A stretch of DNA of 64,000 nucleotides from Takakia lepidozioides (Eukaryota > Plantae > Bryophyta): NCBI GenBank assembly GCA_030704615.1, contig CM060731.1, positions 64,852,001 through 64,916,000 of the forward strand, given 5' to 3'. Both the position numbers and the translations under genes were made by a program. Below the pieces are notes generated by a model that made no database searches, was not told where the DNA came from, and saw only the letters and a list, made by a program, of their open reading frames with translations. Positions 51,421 to 64,000 of the stretch are shown here, in pieces. Positions within the stretch are counted from its first letter, which is position 1, and the number at the start of each line of letters is the position of its first letter.

Positions 51421-52800
51421 GTCATGTATATGATTTTGTGTTATGAGAAACGTTCCGGTTATAAATGGTTGGTGATCGAGTTGTGGTGAAACTCGGTATT
51501 GACTTGCGGCTGCACTATGGCAAAGGTGGACATGTATGTTTGTCAATCATATAAAACGGTTTTGGTGCTAGTGGCTCTCCATCATAAATCAAATCAGAGG
51601 AGGTGGAAATTCAAGAAAATTTAAAATTTTGCTAAGTAGAGCGTATTCGGTGTTCAGTGATTGTGTTTCAAATGGTGCTAGTGGCTCACAATCTTTGCAG
51701 TAGCGCTTGGCTTTGTTTGAGTGTTTTGCAAGTAACAATGTAAATTTAATTTGGTTGTTGCAGAGACCAAGCAAACTCCCCGGACAACACCACCCAGGTT
51801 GAAGAGATGGAAACGCCAAGCTCAAGGTCTATGTGTAGCAGAAACTTACCAAAGGTGTGAACGTGCTGACAACATGAAATGGTGTCAGAAGAATGGGCCA
51901 TAATTCCGAGACTTGAAGAACTAGTCCACCATTGAACAGCTGAAGACCTGCAGTAGACACCGACTGTCTAGGCTGTGAGGCTTATCCTTCAAGAAACCAT
52001 AGCTGTCTTTATTACTACAGGTGGTTCAAGAGGAAAGTGGGACAAATGCTATCCAAAGTTGTAAAACTTGAATGCACAGGCACGCTTGTACACCCAAAGT
52101 GGCTCATAGCTCAAGTATAGCTCAAATATATGGTGAAAACGTGAAAACCACATCTAAGCACGGACAAGACCTAAAATCACCCAATTTGCCACTCTGCTTT
52201 GGAAAATCTCACCCTGGGATTGCTACTGGTAGTCACCACGTAGGCAATTGGTTATGGCTGCTGCCCTTGAAGGTTGAGACCCAACAAATTTCAGTTTGTT
52301 GGCGGCTCTGCACTTTCGAATTTGCTGTGTGCAAAGAATGATCTGGAAAAGAGCTTTGAGGTAAGTGGCGCTCATGGGGATAACAAAACCAGTTTCCAGG
52401 CTGTTCTTTTCCCCTTTTGTTGAGGTAAATGGAGCTCATCGGGCAAATACAATAGTTTTCCTGTTTACTTCCCCCCCTTGTTCAGGTGTCAGAGTAAAGG
52501 TCATGGGGGAAAACAAAATGCCCTTTTATAACACTTTCATTTCATTCCATGTCGCTACACGGAAAGCTCCTGGTGAAACGTGAGAGGTCTGCGGAACTCA
52601 TCCTCATCTCTAGGAACTCTTCACGAAAGCTCCAAAGTTGATTGCAAGAGATTCACAAAAGTTCTAGAAAGTTAGCGAAGTAACAACAAACAGCCCGTGG
52701 GCCGAGCTATACATATCTAACATTGCCATATTCTAGACTTCGGAAGAAGTCACGAATGATGATTCTCTTCCCATACAACTTGCATTTGGGAGATGACTTC

Positions 52801-54230
52801 TTATTTCAAAATGTCATTGAATAGACAGTAAAGCTCCTTGTCTGAGGAGGGTTTCTTCGGCAAATGAAATTCTTCGGGGTCCACATGAACTCCACTTGCA
52901 TACAAGTGCTGTTTCTTCATCAAATGAAATTCATTGGGGTCCAGATGAACTCCACTTGCATACAAGTGTTGCACGCGTTCTTCGACTACGTAGTCCCTGT
53001 AGAGACGAGGATGGTCATCGTCAATGAGTTCTGTATTGGAGATACGCGTGTGGTGTTTGAATGTCCAAATCCGACTACATTTGACAAACGCGGTGTGTCT
53101 TTGCTCGTCATCACCCGATCAATGCCGCTGGGTATCTTCCATTGCAGGTAACCTGATGTCCAGAGAGAAATGTCAGATGGATGTGTGTAACTACTAAGGA
53201 GGGAGGTCAGGCGAGCAAGGAAGACGGGGTCATTCCCAAAAAACCCATCTCTTTGGTATGACATCGGTCATTCCAAAGTACGCACAAGATCAAAGAAGCT
53301 CCACCTAACCTACCGACATTAGAAAACTTAGTAGAAAAGGCAGAAATGCCAGTGGTGAAGGAGCTCCTTTCCGCCTCTAATATACCACAACACAAAAACG
53401 AGTCTAAATGGAAAGTCATCTGTGCACACCAACCATCTAGAGGGAGTACTCTTCAATCATGAGGTGGACTCCGAGTTGGGTACCAGGTTACAGCGTCTTA
53501 TACGTTATATATGTCATAATGCCAATCTAGTGCTCGTAATTGATTTGCAGTTGCCTATGAGCATAGCTCGGAAATTCCTCAGATATACTATGGTGCACGT
53601 AGATGCAAGAAGATCACGGTATCATTATGGAAAGAGTTACGCTATGCCTTTGGACAACTCAAATTATATTATATGGTTCGGATAGTGAATCTTACCTCCA
53701 GTTGGTCGCCTGCAAGGACAAACAGAGAATTAGGAACAGGTTTGCAGTTCACCCATTCACCCTTGACAAGAAACTGCAACGCTGGATGCGGCACATCCTC
53801 TTGGGCGAACACTGTGATCATGGAGATGTCTGTGTGGGCCGAAGCAGATATTGGATTTGGCAATCCTTCTTTCTCCCAGTCACAGGCGGGATAATACGTT
53901 GGCTTAAGAGAAACAAGGGGATCCGTGATCACATGGTTAACGTGCGCGAGGCGCCAGCCGACTTTGAGAAATGAGACCAATGACATGTTTACAAAATACA
54001 GCATAGTCCTCGCCAGATTCCTGTATGGTCTGCCTGTTAAGAATTCACCGCCCAAGATATCAAAACGATCCTCCCAAGCACTACGTAGCATGAGACAATC
54101 AAAGACTAACTCAGCCCTGGATGTAGACCGTTCGACATACCTCCTCTGGTCCATCGATCCCTGCAAAGTCCATGATGGGAATGTTCTTTTGAGGGGGCTG
54201 TCTTCAAGAGTTACGTACTTTCATCCATTT
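52801..54230 (-). pseudogene. 2-oxoglutarate/Fe(II)-dependent dioxygenase (DOXC-type) pseudogene
   Basis: KNIPIMDF, YYPAC, SAHTD (HxD), LQFLVKGEWVNCKPVPNSLFVLAGDQLE|VTCNGRYPAAL-(H)RV..PRLS, ELIDDDHPRLYRDY. Frameshifts in the last exon remove the distal His. 60-bp tandem duplication at 52861-52970. Confidence 0.85.
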
Positions 54231-54239
54231 ATATCATCC

Positions 54240-54394
54240 ACATTTGGCGAATTCATCCATCTTTTTCTTTTTTTTCCCTTGTAGAAGTTTGGCGATTTCA
54301 TCCATGAAAAAACAGGGAATTTGCGACAGAATATTCCATTTTAATGTTTTGAGGTCGCCATTTGGCGAATTTTCGCCAAAAAAAAAAAACACAG
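54240..54394. mobile_element. Truncated MITE end, probably related to 55650-55917
   Basis: Repeated TTTGGCGA/TCGCCA motifs ending ...GCCAAAAAAAAAAAACACAG, resembling the GCCAAAAACACTG end at 55917. Confidence 0.5.
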
Positions 54395-54528
54395 TTCCAC
54401 ACCCGCATACCAGCTGGATGCATCAGGCCCCAGCTAGGGAATTCCAAAAAGGCCTTGATGTGAAATGCATCGCAATTCAGTTGATCAGCCCCCTAAAAGT
54501 GCGCAATTCAATTGAACTGCTAAAACTA

Positions 54529-54745
54529 CCGTAGTGGGAAGGCTGATCCGGCACTAAATAATTAGAAATGTATCTGCCTAATAATTAAGTGAAAATTTAA
54601 GAAAAACTGCCGAAATTCCAGAAACTTTATAAAAAAATGCCTTAAATCTCAAACAAACTCCAAATATCAAATCTCCAAATGCATGTTTCAAGGCATAAAG
54701 CTCTAGGAAAATATTTTCCTTAGCTCTGAGAAATCCTAGAATAAT
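54529..54745. mobile_element. Partial MITE related to 17433-17804
   Basis: TA followed by CCGTAGTGGGA, matching the MITE TIR, then an AT-rich body. No second TIR seen. Confidence 0.45.
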
Positions 54746-54817
54746 TGGCTGAACAATCACTGCATTTGATGATTGACCAGTCGGATGCTCTCAGGGCTCT
54801 TAACAACCCACATAATT

Positions 54818-54916
54818 TGTTTTTTTTTTGGTACCATACCACACCGGTCAGTAGCAAGATTTGACCCCAGAATCATCTGGGTGGCACTTAACCATCTGAG
54901 CTACTTCACTGTTGGT
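54818..54916 (-). mobile_element. tRNA-derived SINE (full copy, 99 bp)
   Basis: A box TAGCTCAGATGG, B-box-like GGGTCAAATC and a poly(A) tail. TSD ACATAATT at 54810-54817 and 54917-54924. Confidence 0.88.
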
Positions 54917-54990
54917 ACATAATTCTCTTACCACATCTGGTACCAGTAGATAGAGCAAGTTCATCCAGGGAGTCACAGCCGAATTACTTA

Positions 54991-55112
54991 AAATCTCCTC
55001 GCGGCATTGCCGTAAAATCTAGAAATTACCTTAAGTTGTGTGGGAGTGTTTTGTTGTAAAGAAAACAAGTATCCAGCATCCGCGATTTTACGGCAATGCC
55101 ACGAGGAGATTT
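54991..55112. repeat. 122-bp foldback with 29-bp inverted repeats (MITE-like)
   Basis: AAATCTCCTCGCGGCATTGCCGTAAAATC (54991-55019) pairs with GATTTTACGGCAATGCCACGAGGAGATTT (55084-55112), one mismatch. Confidence 0.85.
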
Positions 55113-55649
55113 ACAATTCAATTGAATTGTAATCTATAATTTTTAACTTATTTATGGATATAATATATATAATGCAAAGTTATACTATACACATATGAGA
55201 GTATAACCTAAAAATACATGTTGCCCATCTATTCTTGCTATTCTTGCTGCCCCTCTATCTTGTGCCCATGAGGAAATGGTGGAGTTGTTGTGAAGCCAGC
55301 CTCAGCGAGAGAGGGAGAGAGATCAGCAGCTTCCTGCGATTCACTGGCAAAAGAAACATGGCGGGCTCTAAAGGAAATAGACAAAATCAAACCTGACAAT
55401 TGATGAAAGGCTTCCCCCGCATCATCATGTAGTCCCCTGGCTAGTATTTGAAGTTGGGATGTGTGTTCCATACAGAGTTTAATATATCAAACTCTTATAC
55501 GTTGATACTCTTAGATCTAAATAAGTACTGTCTTTCTGAGCTCTTGTATAGCCATGGATTCCTGTGCGAACAAATTCTCTTCTGTTGATAAGTTGGATGA
55601 AAAGTAGAAGATTTGATGGGTATTTGGGAACACATTAGACAGGCTGGAG

Positions 55650-55917
55650 CAGTGTTTCTTTTTTCACTTTTCCAAAATCGCAGGCAGGGCGACATGTAGA
55701 TTCTACCCAGTGAGAATAACGAGGTGGCATAGTTAGGAAAGTGGCTATATTACAGGTGTCATATTTTAACAGGTCCACGTAGGACAAATCTGGCTCCTGA
55801 TATTTGACCATTGGAGGTTTCTGGCGATTTTTTTAATTTTTACTCCCGTAATTCCTTAATAAAGTAGCCGACCCATTTTCCAGGTCGAAATCTGGCGTTT
55901 TTTTGCCAAAAACACTG
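55650..55917. mobile_element. hAT-type MITE (268 bp) in a ~140-bp tandem duplication
   Basis: TIRs CAGTGTTT and AAACACTG. 8-bp TSD GGCTGGAG/GGGTGGAG. Empty site GACAGGCTGCAGCTTG in the second copy (~56080). Confidence 0.85.
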
Positions 55918-56965
55918 GGGTGGAGCTTGCAACTTCTAAGATCTAAATAACTTAACTTAAGTACTGTCTTTCTGAGCTCTTGTATAGCCATGGATTCCTG
56001 TGCGAACAGATTCTCTTCTGCTGGTAAGTTGGATGAAAAGTAGAAGATTTGATGACTGGGTATCTTGGGGAACAGATAAGACAGGCTGCAGCTTGTCAGC
56101 TTCAAGGAGTGGATTCTCGGAGCTTTTGTCACTACCTTATCACCTATCCACAATATTCCATTGCCTTTCTATAGCCACCACTGATGCTTACCATTCAACT
56201 ATAAAGAGAGGTCACGATTCATCATACTGTACCTTCTCTTAGTGTTTATCATCTAGTCCTTCTATTGCAGTATTTTCTCTTTTCTTGAAAATTGTTGTTC
56301 TTGAAGGCGTTGGTGCTTCCTGGCCCGTGCGCTATAAGGATGGTTTGAAGGACCATATATCGGTTTGCAATCTCTTTTTGGGCTCTCAAACCTTTCTTTG
56401 CAATTTTTTTTCATGGCTCTCAATATATTACATTATGTTTCATTCATAGTTCCACTAGTTTGACAAATTGATATTGTGTTGAAAATCACCACCTCCATTT
56501 GCTATTACCTCATAGACGGGACCTCTTTATTATGGTTTTGAAATCTCAAAAGTTGTCTTTAGTGTCATTTGCATCTTCATGAGGCCTCCAACAAACAATA
56601 TGAATATTGTTTCAGTGGACTAAAATAATTACTCTTTCCCAAACTTGTACATTATAAATGTAGTCTACAAAGTAGTCAATAAGTACCACCCATGTGATGT
56701 ATGGTTCAAATTGTGGATATATATCGTGGCTATTACCATGGATCAGCAACCTTAGTTGAAACCTTAGTTGATTTGATGAAAAAATATTGATGGGTTAAAT
56801 TTTTTGAACCTCCACTCTATATTCTAGTTGGATATAGCGTTGAGTGCTACCTAGGTGATTATGGGCTCAAAATTTGGTTGGCGCAATTTGATTTGATTTG
56901 TAATGAGTTTATGAATGTGAATTGTGGGTGTTTTTTTCCAGAATGTTGTGTTGGAACGCAATAGA

Positions 56966-59235
56966 ATGACATCGCTCCTGACTCCCACCATGTCTTGTCT
57001 TGCTTTTCAGCTTGTGGTACATCTTCTCTGTACTATGCCTCTTAGTAAAGTTTAAAGGTAGTTGCTTGCATTTGACAAAACAATATCATGGTTGGTCCTA
57101 GCCTTAGACATAATATATGAACAACAGTAGAACCTCGAAGGGCATTATATAACTTAGCTAGTTAGAACAACTTATGAATACAAACTGATAATACAAAATA
57201 GAAATGATAATCTTCATAGTGGTAGAGATAACAATCAAGTATTCACTTGATTTGTGTGGATGAATGAGTTATGCATTAATTCTTCAATTGATAAATAGAG
57301 CCCACTCTTGAAAGTGGACAAGACTTGGAAGGGCAAGAGATCTTTTTTTATGCTAACTTTGATTGACCTTGTCTCCCTTCAACTGATAGCATAATATTTG
57401 AATAAGGTGTAATGACAAGGATTCTCTTGGAGTAGTCATCTGAAAACGTTTGAAACTAACAAGATGCTCATTATGTATATATGTATATATATAGAGATAG
57501 ATAGATATGTCAATTTTCTAAAACAGAACCATGACACAAGGAGAATGGTGGTGCAGTTGTTGATGGTCTGGCAAGGTTTGCATGGAGCTGCTTGTATTCG
57601 TGAGATCAGTCAACCTACATCGACATCTCAAGTTGTATTGGCAGAGAGGTACTGGAAGCAAGTCTTGCCATGCCTAGAAATGTCAAGCGAGATACGAGAA
57701 GCTATCTCCCCTCTCTCTGCTTTCGCCATCTCCCAATACTCCCAACAGCCTCCCTCTTTGCAAGAATTATGCAAAGTCGGAGAATTGTTTTGCGATTATC
57801 GTACATATGCAGACTCCATATCAAAAGTGCAAACAGAAAGTGCTTTTTCCTCTCCTTCACGGGTTGGCTTCTTATTGGTAGGCGGTCACGACGCGATTCA
57901 GGAATTTATAAGGAGAGCTGAGGTAGAAGCGAAAGAATTAGACTTGCAGGTTCCTATCGGAGCACGTGATGCAAACTCCGAACATAACGCCGTCTCCTCT
58001 GCACGGACTGAATTCTACTTGGAAAGCCGTCACGATACGATTCATGAATTAAGGGAAGTTGAATCCAACGAAAATGCAGTCGGGTTGTGGTTTAAACGAC
58101 AGGACGTGGTCGAAGATAGCACGCTGACACTAACCATGGAAAGGCCATTAAATCCAATGGGATCTGGTAGACCATTTTTGCCACGAGAGCTCGTTACTGA
58201 GCACACGTTTCCATCCAACTTCCATGGCGTACCCACCATTTTGCGTCTGGTACAATCCAAACACAATATCAATATATAATCAAATGAGTTTTAAAAAAAC
58301 ATTGATAGGGCAGACATGCAATGCATAAGTGACGTAATCCAATGTCATATGTTATCAAAAGTCTGCACTTTGATCAAGTTATTTGTATGGGGTGTTCATC
58401 AATGCAGTGCCAATTTATCCTAAATGGCTTGAAACATTTGAATATCTTTAGGATGCAGGAGTGTTTGGCCTATATAGCTATGATCAGATGTTTGTCATGA
58501 TGATTTCATACTACATGAGACTACCAGCCAAACTTACATAGGGTGACTGAGCTTAAAGTACTTGATTTGAACATTGTATGTTAGTGCAATATGCTAAATT
58601 AATTATTGACATCTTTTATGTTGTTATATGTTGTGAAGCTTGGCATTCCCAGTGGATCTCTTTTGGCGAAGGAGATATTTCTAACTATTGATACTTGCAA
58701 CATAACTAAGGATCCGGTTAATTTACTGCATGGCAAGCAAGGAGGGTGTGCTAAGTCAGTGGAAGAGTTGGTCGACATGGCGAAGTCCATTGTTGGAGAT
58801 CACATGGAAATTCTTCCTAGGGCCTCGCCTCCTCCATCAAATCGAAACGTCGATCCTAAGTCGCCTTATATAATTTCCACAGTCAAAGTACTTGCTGTAG
58901 ATCTCATAACTACATCAACATCTAAATACATGGTTTGTCATGACGACTATTTGATGTACATCTCTTCCGTATTTTACTGCCACTATGTTCCCACCACTGA
59001 AATCTATACTGCCAAACTACTCACGAATGAGGGTGTTACGGAAGCGGTGTTCGTCTGCCACTTTGACACTAGTGTATGGGCTTCTACCCATCCAGGCTTG
59101 AAGTACCTTGGCACCAAACCTGGTGAGAGCGAAGCTTGCCACTGGTTAGTTGGGGCGCACGTTTTTGTATCTACACCAGAAGGCAGACACTGGGGAGCAG
59201 CAGAGAGAACAAGTTGCAGGGCGGCCGTTTATTAG
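56966..59235 (+). CDS. BURP-domain protein
   Basis: Probable signal-peptide exon 56966-57016. Exon 57557-58249 (AERYWKQVLP, PFLPR) and exon 58639-59235 with CAKSVEELVD and four CH motifs (VCHD, FYCHY, VCHFDTSVW, ACHW). Confidence 0.88.
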
Positions 59236-60145
59236 AGCTAATAAATTGCCAGCCAGTGAATAAGTGATTGGGGATGGCTCCACCTAGCTTAGAATGTACA
59301 TACTTTGGGCTAGATCAAGACAAGATGAATGACATGGCGCAGAGGGGGATATGTAAACACCCGGCGGCCATCGAAATCCTTAGTAGTTTGTCTCTTCTAT
59401 ATCAAACTTGGTAGATAGCAGCCAGTGTGCACGTGATACAAACGGTGGGCATTAAAAGGCCGGCAAGCTTGTTTCACGAATGTGAGCTGAAGCTCAAGAG
59501 ACTGGTACTGACTTCTATGAAGGAAGCTTGATTTTCTGGAGTAAAGTGTGGCTGCAGTATGAATGTCCAGCATGTGTTGAGCGACTTTGAGTGATGTGAT
59601 GGTCTAGGTGATGCAGTATTCCAGCATGGTGTGTCTCTTCCTGCAGGAATAACCATGTCACCAAGCATGTAGTTAGTTACTAGCTTATACCACTACAGGC
59701 TGAGAGAAAGACTATAGTGTGAGAGTATCTATGTCAATCTGAACACACTGATTTGGTTGACATGTATGCACTATGGGAGGCTGTGTAATGTAAACCCTTG
59801 TGCATGCCACACTCGTCTCTCGGCCGAGTTCCCGCACGCTGCATAATCGCATCTTTGTATCATACGGCTGTGAAGAAGCCCTGTGACCACCCAGTATCTT
59901 GTGCTTGTGTGCTGTGCGTTATCCCGATATGTTTCTGCAGTCTTGAAGCTCGTGAGCGATAGTTTGGAAGGGCTTATGCAGAGGGGCGGACTTAGTTTTC
60001 GGTAGGAAGAAGGATCAGGATGTTACAGAACGGTGGAGAAATGCGGAGGAACATTCGTGTGTTGCCCAGTTGTATAACCAACGCCTCGCTGCAGAATGCT
60101 AATGGAGGTGCCGAGGAAGCTGCGGGAAAGGAGAAGCGCTGACAG

Positions 60146-60330
60146 GTCACTTCCACTTGTGTTCTCAATGCATGTGCCAGCCTAGGAGCCCTGGAAAAGG
60201 GTAAACTGGTCCGCACTGATGTCATCAAAGCTTGAAGTGCACCAGATGTGATTCTGGAGACTGCCCTTGCTGACATGTATGCGGTAGCATGAAGGATGCA
60301 CATCAAATTTTTGCGAGTATGGCTGAACTA
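60146..60330 (+). pseudogene. PLS-PPR L-S motif fragment
   Basis: VTSTCVLNACASLGALEKGKLVRTDVIKA*SAPDVILETALADMY, then a frameshift to GSMKDAHQIFASMAE. Confidence 0.8.
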
Positions 60331-60504
60331 TCGGGAAGCCTCTGGGAAGGGGCAAGTTTGGCGATGTTTATCTTTCCTGGGACAGACGAGTATGTATCTC
60401 GTATTCACCTTCTTAGAGCATTGTTTGAGCTCTAGGGACCCCAAGGTAATGGAGTACAGACACATCTCATATTTACTGCATTGCAAGTTTGTGGGCATGC
60501 TACG

Positions 60505-60635
60505 CACAAAGGCGCTATGGCACATCATGGATCGCTTGAGCTGCTTACGGCATGCCTGGCTGTTGCCGGATATCGCATCCCGCCGCAAGTCAATGTGCTG
60601 GAGTATGCCATTGATGCTGTCGACGCTCTGGGATC
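60505..60635 (+). pseudogene. Half-size ABCG transporter fragment
   Basis: KGAMAHHGSLELL...AGYRIPPQVNVLEYAIDAVDAL resembles the post-NBD segment of ABCG5/8/10/23-type proteins. No other ABCG parts nearby. Confidence 0.6.
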
Positions 60636-61492
60636 AGACCGTAGTGGGATTTTCTCAGTGAAGGGAAAGAAAAATGTCCCGGTCTTATCAGATCGGCACT
60701 AAGCCCAATTGTTATGGATCCTGTCTTGTTGTACTTGGCTTGTGATGGAGGAAAGATTTTTATGTGGAAGATTTGAAGAGCTAGTTGAGAGATGTATGTT
60801 CACACATTGTTCTACTCGTGGAAATAGGACCGACACTGAGTTGCCACGACCAAATATGTGGACCTGGAGAGGCCAATCTCGAATTTGATGGCTTGCCAGC
60901 GATAGTGTTAGCAGCCTGTCTATGAAGTGGGTTATTGGGGGGCGAAACGACAGACGAACAAGGGTTGCGGGCTAATCCTTGAAAAACCTCAACCCAGACA
61001 CGAATTCAAAATCGTTGACATCGTGTCCGAATGCGAGGAGGATGCAGAGATTAGCGTGCAGGCTTGGTTCAAACTGCTGGAATGCACTCCAACTCTGAAC
61101 ACTACCACTCAGTGCAGTGCGATTGGCGTTGGCCATGCTGAGGCAGTGACAAGATTTGTCAAACTAGGTACCCTTTCTTTACCAATACCAATAATATGGG
61201 CAAGAAGATAGCAAGGACTAGATGGACCAATAGAAGGAGAGATAATAGATGAAAGATAATTGATCTGCTTGAATTACAATGAAGAACACTCCCAACCACC
61301 TGATGAAGATGTATCAACAAGTCAAGGAACCCAATACAATTCTCAGGCAAAAACAATGTTTATTTCTCAGCTTGGAGCCATGAAGCGATGGCCGGCAAGA
61401 AGGGAAGCCCCAAATTCTATGTAATGTTTAATTAATTGACAAATTCTTGTCCTCCCAATTTGACGCACCAAGCCAGGTTGGAGACAAAATAA

Positions 61493-64000
61493 TCAGGCAA
61501 AATAGGATGCTGAAGAAGTCAGATCACTCAATACCTGTGCAGGCACAAACAGCAAGGTCAAGCATTATCATAGTCAGGTATACACTTTGGCATTCAAGTT
61601 AGTAATCTAGATGCAATAATGATGCCCGAAAACAAAGCACGAGATCTTCAAGACCGGACTTGCTAGACATTGATGGGAAGCATTGTCCAGTGCAAACCAT
61701 AGCTGAAGCCACAAATGACAAGAACATCATGTTTATGACCATGAGCACAAGGCAAGCTGCAAGTATTACTTCCAATTGCTCTTCACTAAACGAGGTCTTC
61801 TGGAGCATCCATGTGTCAGAATGCGTGCGGCGAAATTCAGCAATAGTTTTCATCACAGTGATGCGCATGGGTGCAGGTTCCCGGTTGAATATTGCCAGCT
61901 GTGTCACAATCTCTGGAAGCCACCTGAAACATCCAAATAATTTTGCAGTCGACATTTAGATGCGCACTCATTCTCATATAACATGGGCTAGTTCACAATG
62001 CTAAAAGTGATCCATTGTTCATCAGGTATAATAGGAATCCAAGATCCACAATGATTGCAGCCAGTGAATCAGCAACTACTTACCTGGGCATATCATAAGG
62101 CACAGACAACACACACGCCGCAAGCCCCAGCACATGTCCATGAATGGCTGCAATGTTCAATGCAGATCTGCTTGTTGCTTTTGTTCTGCAACCCACCCTT
62201 TGGATCAGCATGCACTCCACATGCATACTCCTAACAGTAGAAGGGATGTGCAGGGCCAAGTAGAGCAAACCTGCTTTTAGTATTACGGGGAGCCTGAATA
62301 GAGAGTGCAGCAGCCAATGCCTGCTTGCGAAATGCCTCAGCCAAGTCACTATCAATTCCCTTCATCATACCAGCCAGTGTCTTTGCTGCTAACTCCCTTA
62401 CCTGCACCACATCACAGGTTATTCTTGGGCAAACTCGTGAGTATGTGATGTGAAAAGGCCACAGAAACAGTGACATTGTGGCCGTTGATAAGCATAGACT
62501 ACTACATTACCTCAAGTTGAGGATCAGACAGAAGCTCTTGCACTTGACTCCACAATGACACCATCACTTTGCCCACCAGGATGAAAGTATGCCTGCATAA
62601 ATAAGTCAAAACCACCAGAACTTAATAACCTTGATTTACCTTTTGCCCTTTTGGAGCTAACACAGCCAAAAAAAATTTACTCTACAGTCTGTTCGAGCCT
62701 TTCAGATACCATGAGAGATTTGAGGGGGATGTGGTCCTTTGCACAAGTGTGATAATGGTTATACTCTCAAACCTATGTCAAAAATCAAGAAATTCCCAAG
62801 CGTGCCACAAAACAACAGGTTGCCGCACCTGTACACCAGAGATTGTAGGAAGGTCAAGGCTGCAACCCGTGTGTGCCAGTTAGCATCAGATGCAGCAGCA
62901 AGCACTGCAGCAACAGCTGCACCCACTTGCTCACTCTCAAAAGGTGCAGCTGAGCTTAGAAGCTGCAAAGCTCCTTTCGCTAAGGCTGCCAGCTCCTTGT
63001 CTGACGTGTCCTGTTCTCTCCAAAACATAACCCTTATGTCACACCACCACCTCTTTGAACAACCTGCAAAGGCAAGACTTCTGCAGAGCTGTCTGTTGCC
63101 ACACTGAAGCAGCTGCATATCTAAATAACCAGCAGATAACATTAATACTACGGTATCCAGTCCATGAAAAAGATAATTTGGATGTTGACCACTGCCACTG
63201 AGCTGCAAGTGAAGCACTCAACATAAAACTCACACTGACTTTCTGCAGCAGAGCCCAAAACGTCATTCCAACACACCCTGCAGGCTAATTGCCAACCTAG
63301 TCAAATGATATGAAGGACTCACCTGCACAGAGAGGATAGGATGAAGAAGCCCCACAACCACTCTGTTGAGAGGCACTGCCCTGCCAGACTTGACACTTGC
63401 AATCAAAAAGTGGAGTGCCTGATTCATGCAACCAAACCACACAGACCAGTAGTTGGAATTCCATACCCACAGGGACAAGAAGAGGCACATCAATAGAAGA
63501 AACCCATTTCTGGTCATTACCGTCTCCATCCATTTGGAAGCAGCTTCAATCTCTATTTCATCCACATCACTGCCACCCAAAGCAGCCAGTGCTGTATCCC
63601 CCAGTGTTGCGCCAGTCTTTGTTTGGATCTTAGCTGCAGAGGTCGTCGCACCATCCACCATCTCAGCGCACCATCTTCTCACAATTTCCTCCACAGAGAC
63701 TCCACTTTCCTCCACAGCCATGTCTGCACTGTCGCCTTGTTCATGCAAGGTTACACTCAGGGTAAGGTTTGCACCCACTACGCACATCAGTTTGCCCACT
63801 CCTTCACGTACCTGCTTTCCATATCACAAACAATATAGACCAACTGAGAAAAAAATTACAAGAACGAGGAGAACAGAATGTTTAATCTATCCAACACTGT
63901 TATTCAGTGCTGTAAAAAGACACAGGAAGGTCCCATTCACCCCTCCACCCATGTCAAGTCTTCTGAACTCAAGTACAAGATGCTTGTGAGCCCAGACTAT
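61493..64000 (-). CDS. PA200: Proteasome activator subunit 4 (PA200/Blm10), 3' exons; 5' part off-window
   Basis: KWMET|ALHFLIASVKSGR, DANWHTRVAALTFLQSLVYRHTFIL, LLSDPQLEVRELAAKTLAG, HGHVLGLAACVLSVPYDMPRWLP, KTIAEFRRTH, VLSDLTSSASYFA* (HbYX-type C-terminus). Confidence 0.95.

Noticed and set aside
54818-54916. tRNA gene call for the A/B-box sequences (also 38233-38320)
   Set aside because: No full cloverleaf. The poly(A) tail and TSD indicate a SINE.
59691-59700. CACTACAG as a possible CACTA left end for the 59.7-60.7 kb mosaic
   Set aside because: No matching right TIR, TSD or subterminal repeats.

Overview
Nuclear DNA of a non-seed land plant (bryophyte-like, inferred from PLS-PPR abundance, intron style and TE types; species not identifiable). 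Intact multi-exon genes: a macro-domain protein (+), a SPRING1/UPF0454 homolog (-), a TBC Rab-GAP (+), PTEN1-like (+), PUX1 (+), a BURP protein (+) and the 3' part of PA200 (-). Two accessory zones hold the main interest. (1) At 1-8080, a PLS-class PPR editing-factor-like gene carries N-terminal OSB-type 'PDF' ssDNA-binding motifs and is disrupted by a stop and a CRE-like insertion. (2) At 36.7-56 kb, a TE nest contains a ParB-like + beta-class amino-methyltransferase-like gene studded with a ~22-bp palindrome. That gene is split exactly at its GNHR motif by a 5.3-kb CACTA element (CACTACAAC TIRs, AAA TSD) whose cargo is intron-containing PDF-PPR fragments. The window also has a LINE relic with MTase-like and RNase H domains, tRNA-derived SINEs, Tc1/mariner and hAT MITEs with empty-site copies nearby, and a 2OG-dioxygenase pseudogene. 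All family assignments are by motif recognition by eye, not database searches.
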